This document shows positions 1-18,660 of a stretch of DNA of 64,000 nucleotides, piece by piece. The stretch lies in NCBI RefSeq assembly GCF_009914755.1, contig NC_060925.1; one strand, given 5' to 3'. The position numbers were made by a program, and so were the translations under genes. The notes under the pieces are model-generated. The model did not search any database. It was not told the DNA's origin and saw only the letters and a program-made list of their open reading frames with translations. The first letter of the stretch is position 1. The number at the start of each line of letters is the position of its first letter. The stretch comes from the human T2T-CHM13v2.0 reference genome, Homo sapiens.

Positions 1-302
<302 letters not shown>

Positions 303-392
303 GGAAAGTGAACATGGTATAAATTATAATGACTAATACATCATTGCATAATTCAAATCTTTAAGAATTGACTGTTAATTTTTCAAATTTAG

Positions 393-575
393 GTTCATAC
401 TTTGGAAACAAAAGAGCTTATGCAGAAAACACAGTTGCATCAAATTTTACTTTTGGTGCAAGCTCATCTTCTGCACGAGATACTAATTATCCTCAAACAC
501 TTAAAACTCCATTGTCTACTGGAAATCCTCAGAGATCAGGTTATAAGAGCTGGACACCACAAGTGGGATATTCAG
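393..575 (+). CDS. MSH4: MSH4 coding exon 2 (183 nt, phase 1-1)
   Basis: tttag|GTTCATAC...TATTCAG|gtaaa. Encodes [30 protein letters not shown]...TPQVGYS, which I recognise as the human MSH4 N-terminal region. Confidence 0.97.
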
Positions 576-1160
576 GTAAAATAAGTGGAAGATTAACCTA
601 GATGATGTTTTGAAACTTAAAAGTTTTATAAATTATAAATTAGGGTTATTAAGTTCATTTGAATTTATCTATAACTGATATGAATGAAAAATAAATACAT
701 TAGTTTACCTCTATCCATAATTTGAGTCTAGATTAATAAGGCAACATAGTTTCTGAAATTGTTTGTTAATAAATGTAAGTCTACATTATTTTAACCATTC
801 TGACAAAAAAACACACAAGAAAGAGAAACCTCTCCCTTTTATACATGATGGCATTTAAATCTAAAAGTTGACCCTGATATTACTAGTGAGTGGTTTTTTT
901 ATACTTAAATTTTAATTTTTATCTAAATCTATGAGATTTTCTTGAAGAGTAGATAGATAAAATAGGTTTTCATGTATAACAGTTTTCTAAGGTATATACA
1001 ACAGAATTTCTTGGTTACAGGGTAAGTTATGTAAATGCATATATTTATAAGATAATGACAAATTATTTTTTAAAGTAGTTCTACCAAAGTATAAATGGTA
1101 GTTAAGTTTATATTAGATCTACAGAAGTCAGTTTTAGCTCTGTAGTAGAATATGACCTTC

Positions 1161-1787
1161 CTTTTTTTTTTTTTTTTTTTTTAATTTTTTGAGACAGAAT
1201 CTCACTGTGTCGCCCAGGCTGGAATGCAGTGGTGTGATCTCGACTCACTGCAATGTCTGCTTTCCGGGTTCAAGTGATTCTTCTGCCTCAGCCTCCTGAG
1301 TAGCTGGGACTACAGGTGCTTGCTACCACGCCCGGCTAATTTTTGTATTTTTAGTAGAGATGGGGTTTCACCATACTGGCCAGGCTGGTCTCGAACTCCT
1401 GACCTCATGATCCACCCACCTTGGCTCCCAAAGTGCTGGGATTACAGGCATGAGCCACTGTGCCTGGCTGACCTTTTTATTTACTTTTATTTTTATTTTT
1501 ATTTGTTTGAGATGGAGCCTTGCTCTGTCGCCCAGGCTGGAATGCAGTGGCACAACTTGGCTCACTGTAACCTCTGCCTCCTGGATTCAAGCAATTTTCC
1601 TGCCTCAGCCTCCCGAGTAGCTGAGATTACAGGCATGCACCACCACGCCTGGCTAATTTTGTATTTTTAGTAGAGACAGGGTTTTACCATATTGGCCAGG
1701 CTGGTCTTGAACTCCTAACCTCATGATCCGCCCACCTTGGCCTCCTAAAGTGCTGGGATTACAGGTGTGAGCCACCGCACCCAGCCC
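1161..1787 (-). mobile_element. Two tandem antisense AluS elements (~1161-1468 and ~1483-1787)
   Basis: Two complete reverse Alus, each preceded by a T-rich tail. TGACCT flank occurs three times (1153, 1469, 1788). Confidence 0.95.
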
Positions 1788-2032
1788 TGACCTGTTTATT
1801 TTTAAGTAGAAAATAAATACCAAGTTCCAGTGGAAATTCAATAGACATATAAAAGACATCTCTAAGGTTCTAAAAATACATTTATGCTGTTATCTCTCTG
1901 TTGTAAATAACATAATAATGAGCATCCTAATACATAAAGCTTTTTTCTGAGTCTCTTATTATTTCCTTAAAACACACCCTTAGAAGTCAAATTACTGAAA
2001 CATAGGGAAATTACCTTTTTTATTTTTTTTAA

Positions 2033-2433
<401 letters not shown>

Positions 2434-2479
2434 TAAGGTAAGCCAATCTTACTCTATCCTCATCATTACTAACTTCTAA

Positions 2480-2570
2480 AATTTATTATGATTATTGGCT
2501 AATTTAGTAATCATCATCATCATCATAAGATTATTATTAAATTAGCCAATAATCATTATCATAATAAATT
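2480..2570. repeat. AT-rich inverted repeat with (CAT)n loop
   Basis: 2488-2511 pairs with 2533-2556 (23/24) and 2480-2487 pairs with 2563-2570. Confidence 0.85.
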
Positions 2571-2895
2571 GTATTGGTTAATTTATTGGTTATTATGGTA
2601 TGCTCTTATTAACAATGTGTAAGAGTCCACTTCAACATTTGATATTGTTAGACTCAATATTTTCCAACCTAACAGTTGTAAAATACTACCTGAGTTTTTT
2701 ATTTTCTGAGTTTGCATTTTCCTGATTACTAGTGAGATTATCTTTTTCTGTACTTTTGGGCTATATATCTTTAATAATGGTCTGTGAAATTAATGTTCAT
2801 GTCTTTTACTCATTTTTCTTTAGGCTTATTTTTCTGGATTTGTAGCAATACTTTATATATTCTGAGTAATAAATATTTTGATGACTTTTCTGTTT

Positions 2896-3208
<313 letters not shown>

Positions 3209-3632
3209 TTTTCTGTTAGTTTCTATGTTTCTAGTTCTTTTTTAACTCTGATGGGTCATTATGTCTAGCTGTGTGCCAATATCACACCATCTTTAGCTTT
3301 ATAATAAGTCTTGATATTTTGTAGGACAGCCTTGCCACCTGTACCCTCCACAAGCCACCTTACTCTTCTTTAGAGGAGTCTTGATTCTTCTTGGCCCTTT
3401 GCTCTTCCATGTAAATTTTGGGCCAATTTTTCAAGCTCCACCAAAAAACATATTGAGGTTTTGATTGAAATTATAGTTGTACTGAACCAATAGATCCTTT
3501 AGGGAGAATTGAAATAAGAGGCTAACTGATATCTACAGATTGCATTATTTTGTCCTCTTGATTAAGAATTTCCTAGTTTTTTTTAAAAAAAGAAATGATT
3601 ATTATCAATGTTTATATCTTTTCTTTATTTAA

Positions 3633-3839
<207 letters not shown>

Positions 3840-4108
3840 TAGGCAGTATCTAGAGTTTAAAGTCAGTGCCTTCCCAATTTGTTTACTTTTTGGTAGAATA
3901 AAGGTTATTCATTATTATGTCAATGTAAATACTCTGAATTAAAATAAAACTGTGTTATATCTGATTTTTATTTTTTAAATATATTTTGTCCAAAAAGAGT
4001 GTGTTTTACTGTTATTTAAATAAGCTATTGTTAGTATTAGTTTCTAAAATTAACATCTTCAAATTAATAATTTCTGGATTTATTCCAAAGGTAATATATG
4101 TGATAATG

Positions 4109-5335
4109 TGGTACTGATCATAATCCTTAAAGACACAATCCCAAATGCCATAATCCCGATGTTCAAATCTTGAAAGATCAAAATCCTTAATGTTGAAATC
4201 CTGAAAGCTTAATTCTAGGGAAGGGATTAATGCGTTTTTGGTTGTACACAAGATAGTTGCATCATGTTAGATGCATCATATTAGGCAATACTACTACCTT
4301 ATTATTTTATTTGGAAATTAGGTATGGTTTAAGGAGATGCATAGGGGTGCCAAATTGGCAAGGGATAGACTTGTGGATTTAAGTATAGGTGACAACTTGA
4401 CTGTATTAAAAAAATACCTAGTAAAGCATTATTTGGGCTGTGTCTGTGAGGTTGCTTCCAGAGGAGATGAGTGGGTGAGTCTGAGTGGACTAGGCGGTGA
4501 AAATCTGCCCTTAGTGTTGGTGGGCACCTTGCAGTTGACCAGGGCCCAGAGAGAGCAAATACAGAAATTGCATTTGTCTCTCTCTAAGAGCTGGGACAGA
4601 CTCTTCTGCTGCTGCCTTGGACATCAGAAATTTGACTCCACAGAAGTTCGTTATCACAACATTGACTGTGTGTAAGCATTGTGCATATACATTAAAATGT
4701 TGAAATTTTTTTGATAAATGAAGACATGTCCTTTTTGTACATCATTTATTTGTGAAAGATAAAATTTATTTCTTGAAATCTTAGCTCTTCAGGCAACTGT
4801 GTATGTGGTGACCCATAGAAGTTTTTGATCTATCTCATCAAAAGACTTAGGTTGTCCCTGGTGGTATTTCAGATGACCATATTTATGAAGCTTGGTGCAG
4901 ACAATTACCAACCATAGTGATATGCATTTATACATTTTGCTTTTTGACTAATTTCTAATTTTTGACTAATTTTTTTGTGAATACAATTTGTCTGCTCATA
5001 ACTGTTATTATACCTGTGTGACTGTCATTAGTACACTTAAGTGTTCATGCTTGCAAAAAAGTTATTATTGCCTATTTTATTGTGTAAAGTGGCCTATGAA
5101 GTGTACTGTTCTGTTTTTATATGTTTCTCAAATAAATCCCCTTTTAAAAATGCAAATCAATGTCTTAAAATTGTTTTTGAAGTTATTTCTTCCAGAACTG
5201 TGTTTTTGGGATTTTGGTCTTTTGGTATTGGGGTTCTGGGGATTTTTAGACTTTAAGGATTTTGCTCTTTTGGGATTTTGACATTCAGGATTATGGCATT
5301 TGAGATTGTGTCTTTCAGGATTATGGCCCAAACCC
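4109..5335. mobile_element. Ricksha (non-autonomous MuDR/Mutator-like DNA transposon) carrying an MLT2-like LTR fragment
   Basis: Long TIRs built of AATCC repeats (left ...CATAATCCTTAAAGACACAATCCC, right ...TGTCTTTCAGGATTATGGCCCAAACCC). 9-bp TSD GTGATAATG (4100-4108) / ATGATAATG (5336-5344). MLT2-like segment at ~4420-4640. Confidence 0.8.
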
Positions 5336-5589
5336 ATGATAATGCTAACTCCAGAGAGTTATTTCTACTGAACTGTATTTGAATTTTATTTTTTCAGAGG
5401 TAAAGAAAACTAGTATCTTAGATCAGTCAGAATTTAGCCTCTTAATTTCTTGCCTTCACTTCTTATTTTGCCTTCATTTTATATCACTCATCATTCATTT
5501 GGGCCACTCGCCTATTGTCATGGGAATTTGCATGATCTATCAGGTAGAGATAGTTTACTCCTAATTTCTATGTTATTTAACTCAATTAT

Positions 5590-5880
5590 TATTTTATTTT
5601 ATTTTTAAAAGGTCTTGCTCTTTTGCCTAGGCTGAAGTGCAGTAGCATGATCGTGACTCACTGCAGCCTCCCACCTCAGCCTCTTGAGTAGCAGGGACCA
5701 CAGGCATGCACCACCACATAGAGCTGATTTTTAAATTTTTTTTGTATAGATGGGGTCTTGCTCTGTTACCCAAGCTAGTCTCAAATTCCTTAGACTCGAG
5801 TGATCCTGCCCCCTCAGAAGTTGAATTGCCCCTCGGGTTCCCAAAGTGCTAGAATTATAGGCATGAGCCATCGAGCCTAG
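5590..5880 (-). mobile_element. AluJ element (diverged)
   Basis: Reverse Alu with J-type features and an internal deletion. Confidence 0.85.
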
Positions 5881-6291
5881 TTAATTATTATTTTGAAGAT
5901 GTGATCTAGTGTTTTATTTCAAGTGTTTCATTATTTTTTAATTCTCTTCCTTTAGTCCCTCTTTATGGTCCTCCAGTGTGTAGACTTCCCTTTCCTAATA
6001 ATTAATTTTTTATTATACCTAACAACCTTAATGATACTAGTATTGCATACTAACTTCATCTGTAGGTATTTTATACATTTTTACAATTTCAAAAGAGTAG
6101 GAAAAAAGTTTTTAAAAAAAAGGAATGTTAGACAAATTGAGAATTTCTGTGTTTGGAATAGTTCTAAGAAATACACCTTATTTTATGAAAAGCTAAGCCA
6201 TAAGGCAGATGTTTCTCATCTGTGTTTATGTACTTTTCAACAGTTAATCTGTACCAGTGTGGCCATACTGATTGTATTGCCATAGTTACCC

Positions 6292-6611
6292 TTTTTTTTT
6301 TTTTTTTTTTTGAGACAATGTCTCACTTTGTTGCCCAGGTTGCCAGGTTGGAGTGCAGTGGCACAATCTTGACTCACTGCGACCTCTGCCTTCCGGGTTC
6401 AAGCAATTCTCCTGCCTCAGCCTGCCTCAGCCTCCCAAGTAGCTGGGATTACATGTGCACACCACCAAGCCTGGCTAATTTTTGTATTTTTAGTAGAGAC
6501 AGGGTTTCACCATGTTGGCCAAGCTGGTTGTGAACTCCTGACCTCAAGTGATGCAGTCGCCTTGGCCTCCCAAAGTGCTGAGATTACAGGCGTGAGCCAC
6601 CTCCCCTGGCC
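6292..6611 (-). mobile_element. AluS element
   Basis: Reverse Alu with TSD CATAGTTACCCTT on both sides and two short internal duplications. Confidence 0.93.
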
Positions 6612-6889
6612 CATAGTTACCCTTATTGGATGTATTTACATTTTTCACAGAGTATTTGGATAAAATACTAAGTATAAGAATTTATTTAAAAACAATTTTA
6701 TTTTGGGAATATATATTTGATAAGTTCAAATTAATTTTTGAACTTAAGGCTGTTAGAAACTATTGTGAGTAAAATATAGCCTATTTTATGACAGTATTTT
6801 ATGTTAGTAGTTATATAGGAGATATATGTTCAATATACTACCATTAGAAATATATATACATATATATTTTATTGTTATTGGTGGTGGTG

Positions 6890-7210
6890 GTGTTTGTTTG
6901 TCTGTTTTTGAGACAGATTTTCCCTCTGCCACCTAGACTGGCGTGCAAAGGTGCCTGGTGTGATCTCAGCTCACTGCAACCTTTGCCCCCTGGGCTCAAA
7001 CTATTCTCATGCCTCAGCCTCCTGAGTAGCTGGGATTACAGGCATGCACCACCATGCTCGGGTAATTTTTGTATTTTTTTTTTTTTTTTTTTTTTAGTAG
7101 AGACAGGGTTTCACCATGTTGGCCAGGTGGGTCTCGAACTCCTGGCCTCAAGTGATCTGCCCACCTCAGCCTCCCAAAGTGCTGGGATTACAGGTGTGAA
7201 CCCACCTGGC
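6890..7210 (-). mobile_element. AluS element
   Basis: Reverse Alu consensus with expanded middle poly-T. Confidence 0.9.
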
Positions 7211-7351
7211 TAGAAACATATTTTAATTGAAATATATCATTAGGACAGTTATAATTTTGTGTATCTATGAATTAATTTTAAATACTTATCTCAGAAAAAT
7301 ATGAAACTTTTATTTCCTAAGCTTTATTTAAGAAATTGTTTATTCAAATGA

Positions 7352-7489
<138 letters not shown>

Positions 7490-7510
7490 TAACATTCAAG
7501 ATCTAATCAC

Positions 7511-7875
<365 letters not shown>

Positions 7876-8871
7876 TAAAGAACAATAATTTTAGTAACTT
7901 TATATTTAGTGTCCTAAAGTAGTCACTAAATACAAATCCTAATCTAAGGGACTGTTAATACAGATAATAAAAATGATAGGGAATTTACTTATTTGATTTG
8001 GCACCCTGATCTACTTTAAACAAAAGAAAACATGTTTTAGGTAATAAGGAAGTTTCTCAGATATACAAGGGGCAGACCCATAGAGAAAGCATAAGTTTCC
8101 CTTACATGTATTTTCCTGGAAACTACTTATTGTGCTGTCAGACTGGTTGAAATTGAAGTTCTTAGGGGATAGCAGCTATCAGCAAGTACCTTTTTCTATA
8201 GGGAATTTAATTTGTATTACAGAATTGTTTCAGCTTCCCCTGATAACATGTACTGCCTTCCAGTTAGCCTGCTACTCTAGTGTCTATCTGTAGGACTGTA
8301 GTGGGTAAGCACTGTGGAACCTTATCCAACAAGAATGGGGGCTGTGGCTCCAAACCAAGTAGACAGCATTGCAGTTGGAATAATTCCTTAGGAATGCAAA
8401 TTATTTTCAGAATATACTATATTTTGTTATGTTTTTAGACTTATCTTTTACTTTAACACATTTGGAACCAAGCTGAGGTTTGGAGTCCAATGAGTTCCTT
8501 TCCTGTTCCTAATATATTCAGCATCTGCAGTCATATAAGATTTGTCATGGTGCTCTTGGATTTCCTGTATAGATGAGCTGCCTTTGACTCATTGCCAGAG
8601 ATAGTCCCTATTCTAAATCTATTGTCTCTATTAGACGAATCACTTTATCTGTTCTTTTTCATTTATAACTTTATACTTCTTTTCATTATGCCTATTTATC
8701 CATACCTTTCCAACTTTCATGTTTTGTTGTTGTTGTTGTTGTTGTGATTAGGCCTTATAATTCTTTTGGTTATAAATAAGAGAAATCTAATGTAAACTAC
8801 CTTATGCAAAAAAGGAAATGTATTGGCTTATGTAACTGGGAAGTCAATGGTTGAATAGATCCTGTTCCTAC

Positions 8872-9673
<802 letters not shown>

Positions 9674-10039
9674 CTACTCTCATTCCCCATATCATCCTTT
9701 TTCTACTGCAGATAGTTTACTTCTATGAGATTTAAGAAGATGATTGCTAATGGCTCAAGGCTGATGTCATCTCAGCTTAGCTAACCCAGAGGGAAAATAA
9801 TTTCTTTATTCCAGTGTCCATGTATGAATTCCAGGGAAGGATGCTGACTGATTCCGCTTTGTTCAGTTTCTCACACGTTAGAGTAATCACTATTTCTGGG
9901 GGTAGATACACTATAATTGACTAATCCTTTTGCTGTGAGACACAGAATACTATGATAGCTAGGCCTTCCAGAATCACATGGAATGGGGGATAAGTCCTCC
10001 AAAGGCAAAAACAACATAATTTCAGTGCATTTGAATAGT

Positions 10040-10190
10040 AAGGCAGTATAGCATAGTGCTTAAGAATAGAGAAGTCAGATTGTCCCGGTTTCAGATCTTG
10101 ACTCTACGTGACCTACTGCAAGACACTTAACTTCTTGGAGCTTCAGTTTTTTTCATCAGTAAATTAGGGACAATAGGAGATACCAACCTC
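10040..10190 (+). mobile_element. MIR fragment
   Basis: GGCAGTATAGCATAGTG...ACTTAACTTCTTGGAGCTTCAGTTTTTTCATCAGTAAA resembles the MIR core. Confidence 0.65.
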
Positions 10191-10388
10191 CTAGAAAATT
10201 GATATTTTATATAGGGTAATCAGAGATGGCCTCATTGATAAGGTTACATTTGGGCAAAGTTCTGAATGGAGTGAGGGAGCAAGCCATGGAGGTATTTGAG
10301 GTAAAAGTATTCTAAGCAGAGGGAAAATTCGATATTTTTATTATCATTATTACTATTATGACTACACTTACCATAAGAAGACCTTCAT

Positions 10389-10518
10389 TAGCCAGGTGTA
10401 GTGACATGTGCCTGTAGTCCCAGGTACTTGGGAGGCCAGGGTGGGAGGATCACTTGAGCCCAGTAGTTCAAATCTAGCTTGGGCAACATAGTGAGACCCC
10501 TCTCTTAAGAAAAAAAAA
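10389..10518 (+). mobile_element. Monomeric Alu (FLAM/FAM-like)
   Basis: Single ~130-nt Alu monomer with A tail. Confidence 0.8.
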
Positions 10519-10832
10519 CAGACCTGCATTAAATCAAAAGCAATATGAAGTATAAGGAAAATGGACTTCAAAGAAATCTAAATTTGAGTCTCAGCTTTGG
10601 CACAGATCAACTGTATAATATCAGAAAAGTTACTTGACTTTTCAGAATTTTATTTATATGAAAACCGGAGTTAATAAGATATGTCCCTACTTGGTCATGA
10701 TATTTTTTCATTCTTAACAGCGCTTACATAGTCTATTGATATAATATTACCTTTTCTTAACCATCAGTTTTATTCAAAGGAGGTAAACCTTTTACTTAAC
10801 AACTTGATGCTTTTTAAAAGTTCCATTATCAA

Positions 10833-11130
10833 CCGGGTGCTGATGTCTCACACTGGTAATTCCAGCACTTTGGGAGGCCAATGTGGGAGAATCACTTGAG
10901 CCCAGGAGTTTGACACCAGCCTGGGCAGCATAGTGAGAACTTATCTCTGCTCAAAAAAAAAAAAAAAAAAAAAAAATTAGCCAGATGTAATGGTGTGTGC
11001 CTGTAGTCCCAGCTACTCAGGAGGATGAAGCAAGCAGATTGCTTGTACCCTGGAGTTCAAATTTGTAGTGAGCTATGATCATGCCGCTGTATTCCAGCCT
11101 GGGCAACAGAGTGAGACCCTGTCTCAAAAA
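10833..11130 (+). mobile_element. AluJ element
   Basis: Forward dimer with J-type TTGAGCCCAGGAGTTT and expanded middle A run. Confidence 0.9.
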
Positions 11131-11303
11131 GATTATAATTTTCTCTTTGTTCTAAATAAATTCAATTCACTTTATGTAAATAGTATATCATAGATAGGTA
11201 GAATTGGTGTTTTCATCTTTTCACCTGGGGCATTATAAGAATCTACCCTTTCTCAATTATGATAGACTATGGAAAGATGAATATAAAACTGTGAAAGGTT
11301 ATT

Positions 11304-11404
11304 TCTATACAAAAGATTACTAAAAGGCATAGATTTTAGTACAATCTATACAAAAGATTACTAAAAGGCAAAAGATTACTAAAAGGCAAAGATTACTAAA
11401 GGCA
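11304..11404. repeat. Short tandem array of CAAAAGATTACTAAAAGG (4 copies)
   Basis: Copies start at 11310, 11351, 11369 and 11387; the last copy has two shortened A runs. Confidence 0.9.
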
Positions 11405-11681
11405 ATAAAAAATAAACTGTCATGTTTATTTTTTATTATTGTATCTAACATATTCCATTAAATCTCATAAGAGTAAGGTCTAATAAGAGATACAAACTAC
11501 TATAATTCACTTAGCAAGAATAATCATTCTTTTTATAGAAATAACTAAGAAAAGTTCTTATTTAAATGTTGAAATTTTTATACAATATTTAAGCCACTTA
11601 CCTAGCATGTGTTTAAGAAAGCAGTTTTGGGCAAGCGCATGGCACTTCAAACTTTATTTTGAAATTAAAACTTCTTTTCAG

Positions 11682-11797
11682 AATGTTAATTTCACTACTA
11701 TCCAAAGGAAATACTTCAATGAAACAAAAGGATTAGAGTACATTGAACAGTTATGCATAGCAGAATTCAGCACTGTCCTAATGGAGGTTCAGTCCAA
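11682..11797 (+). CDS. MSH4: MSH4 coding exon 5 (116 nt, phase 0-2)
   Basis: ttttcag|AATGTTAAT...TCCAA|gtaagt. Encodes [38 protein letters not shown](K), within ORF 11607..11801. Confidence 0.97.
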
Positions 11798-12391
11798 GTA
11801 AGTTATATATTTATTTATTTTTTTACTAGCCCACAGCTACCAATATCATATCAAGTAAGTTATAACTTAAGGAAAGTAAATAAATCTCCAGTGTGAGTTC
11901 CACAAGGGCAGGGACTTTTGTCTGTTTTGTTCTCTGCTGCATTCCTACCACCTGGAAAATTACCTGGTTCATAATACATAGTAATTATTGAAATAGTGAA
12001 ATAGTTGACTAAAATTTATACACAAGGCATATATTGCTAACTTAATTTATATAGAATTTCTCCAAATTAGTCATAAGCTATTGACCTAATGGTTGCTACT
12101 CACTTTACTTTGGAGTGAAAAGCTCAAGTAGCTACAGTAAACTGGAAATGTGAGGGCATAGGAGTAAAACACAGGTAAAGCTGTGTTCCTGTTTCTTTCT
12201 GTCTTTACTCCTAACAGATTCAGCATGAGACAGAGAATGGTATTTTTGGAACACATATTTCCTAGAACATACGAAATAGATACTTTCTTTGAGTCAGGTT
12301 GGATTACCTGTTTACTCAGTTAATAACAATCATTATTCTCACTGAGATCATAACATACTTCTCTGTACATTGAGATCTGATTCTACCGTTA

Positions 12392-12701
<310 letters not shown>

Positions 12702-12998
12702 CTAACATTATTTGAATACTTAGAATGGTACATCAAAAATTGATGCAAATTACCTTTGATTGAATGTTACCTCCTAACACAGGATTTATCGGAATTTAAA
12801 GTCCCTTAAGTGTCAGACTTGAACTTGAAATTAATACTTGAAATTATTTATTTTCATTCATTTTTATGATTTAGAGGTTATTTACCTAGTTTTCAAAAAT
12901 ATGAAATACCTGGTGTACCTTTTCCTTTTGAGTTTAAGCAATGCTATGCAAATATTTATAATTTTTCTTAAGGGGAAATAGATAATTTTTTATATTAA

Positions 12999-13208
<210 letters not shown>

Positions 13209-13280
13209 TAAGATCATCCATTTTATTTGTATAAAATATATCGGTATATATATATTTTTCTATTAATGGTAACTTTAAAG

Positions 13281-13742
<462 letters not shown>

Positions 13743-14036
13743 ATGGTGGAGAAATATTAAGTAAGCATGTTTTAAATCATTGTACTGTTTTTGCTGAACT
13801 GGTCAGATGTTTCACCAAAATCAAGTTTTAAAAAGATATTTGTACTAAATAACAAAAAACAACCCAGTTCAGAACTGGGTAAAGGAACTTAATAGACATT
13901 TTCACAAAGAAGGTAAACAAATGGCCAGTAAGTACCAGAAAAGATGCTCAACTTTACTAGTCATTAGGGAACTACAAATCAAAACCGCAGTTAGATACCA
14001 CTTCACATCCATTAGGTTATAGGTTAAAATTACTCT

Positions 14037-14089
14037 GTCTTTGACTTTCTATGATATCCTATGTTATCATGGCATAGAAAGTCAATGAC
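14037..14089. repeat. Inverted repeat / hairpin
   Basis: GTCTTTGACTTTCTATG pairs with CATAGAAAGTCAATGAC (16/17), 19-nt loop. Confidence 0.85.
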
Positions 14090-15273
14090 CAAGCCTGGTA
14101 GTTATTACAAAGTGTTTTATATTCAGTTTTACCTTGTCATGTTTCACACTTTATCATTGTCAAACATTGTTTGACTTCCTGCTATATATTAGGGATACAG
14201 ATACTTAAATGATAGAATATCTGATCTCCAGGAGTTAGTATTATAGTTGAAAGGAACAATTGAAAAGTCTTTTCACAGACTTAAATGAAAGAATCCTCAG
14301 GTTAAAAGATGGATATTCTACGTACTGAACTATCTGAATAGCTCCAATGCTTCCATAGGCTTGCTGCCTGTTCAGTGCAGTATTACATCCATTGATTTCT
14401 ATAACAAATGGGAGGTTTATGTGTGCCCCTTACCTCCTTTTAGAAATAAGTTCTCAAAAAAAAAAAATGTACATGTGATGGGAGACACCCCCCCTCCCCC
14501 TAGCCAGTTGATATGAGTAGTTCCCTACAAATTAGTTTAAATGGGTATGACAGAAATCTGGTAGAATGATGACTAAATCTTAAAAGTCATTCTTGTTTCC
14601 TCTCCTTTCACACCTCAGATTTGATCCATCAGAAAATCCTCTTGATCTAGCCTTCAGAGTATATACCAGTTCTGGATCACTTGTCACCATTTCCAAGGCT
14701 ACTACCCTAACCCAAACCTCTATCATCTTTAGCATAGACTACTATAATAGCCTCCTAGCTTTTCTTTCTGCCCTCTTCTTACCTTCCTATAGTTTATTCT
14801 CAACATATTAATAGTAGTCATACTGTGATATCCTTTTAATCCAGAAATCAGATCTTGTAACTCTTCTGCTGAAAACCTTCCAGTGGCTCTCCTTACATTT
14901 ACAATAGAATCCAGACTCTTTGGCCTATAAGGACTTCTATGTCCTGGCCTCTATCAACTTCTTCATTCATCTCTCTCTATTCTTACCCCCACTTGCAAAG
15001 CTCCACTAACCTTGATCTTCTTTTTTGTTCTGGAGCCAGACTTCCTGGGCTTAAATTGCTGCTATGCTACTTACTTGGAAATCTTGGACAAGTTACCTAA
15101 TTTCCTTGTTCTTAAGTTACTTCTGTTGTAAAATGATGTGGCCAATAATAGTGCCTATCTCATAACATGGTTATTAGAATTAAACAAGTTAATACTTTTA
15201 AAATGCTTAGAACAATTGTGGGTACATACTAAGTATCATTTTATGTTAGCTGTCCTCATTATTGTTGTCATGA

Positions 15274-16676
<1,403 letters not shown>

Positions 16677-16980
16677 AGCATTCTTTAGAATAGCTCATTT
16701 CTTTATAAATCACCTAGGAATTATGAAATTGTCTTGTACTTGTCATCAGAACAAGATCATTATAGTAAATATTTATTTTAACAATATAAAAGCCCCTCCA
16801 CCCTTAAGGATATATTATTAATATCTTGCTATTATGGATGGAATAAATAGACTAGAAAACTTTATATTAGTGTGAATATTGTAACTGATCTATAAAAGAA
16901 GTCATAAAGTGCAAGGAGATTCTATTCATCCTTGTTAAAGTGTAGTTCATTGACCAATAGCATATATGGGAGCTTGTTCA

Positions 16981-18264
<1,284 letters not shown>

Positions 18265-18281
18265 AAAATATATCTAAAAAC

Positions 18282-18571
18282 TTTTTTTGCGACAAGATCT
18301 CACTCTGTCTCCACACTGGAATACAGTGGTGCAAGTATGGTTCACTGCAGCCTTGACCTCCTGGGCTCAAGCAATCCTCCCATCTCAGCCTCCTGACTAA
18401 CTGGGACTAAAGGCCTGTGCCACCCTGTCCAGTTAATTTTTAGTTTTTTGTAGACTCGGGGTCTCACTATGTTGTCCATGCTGGTCTTGAACTCCCGAGT
18501 TCAAGTATTCCTCCTGCCTTGGCCTCCCAGAGTGTTGTTGAGATTATAGGTGTGAGCAACCGTGCGTGGCC
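18282..18571 (-). mobile_element. AluJ element
   Basis: Reverse Alu with J-type CAGCCTTGACCTCCTGGGCTCAAG. Confidence 0.88.
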
Positions 18572-18660
18572 CAAAATGTAGAACCTCATGCTTTTTATTA
18601 GACCTACTGAATTAGAAATTTATGTAATTGTATGCACAGTAAAGTTTAAGAATCATTGCT

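Noticed and set aside
11304-11404. CRISPR-like repeat array
   Set aside because: Eukaryotic intron, abutting units, no unique constant-length spacers and no cas genes.
14240-14467. Unique-looking stretch ending in a 12-nt A run (processed pseudogene?)
   Set aside because: I found no TSD, canonical AATAAA or recognisable parent gene.
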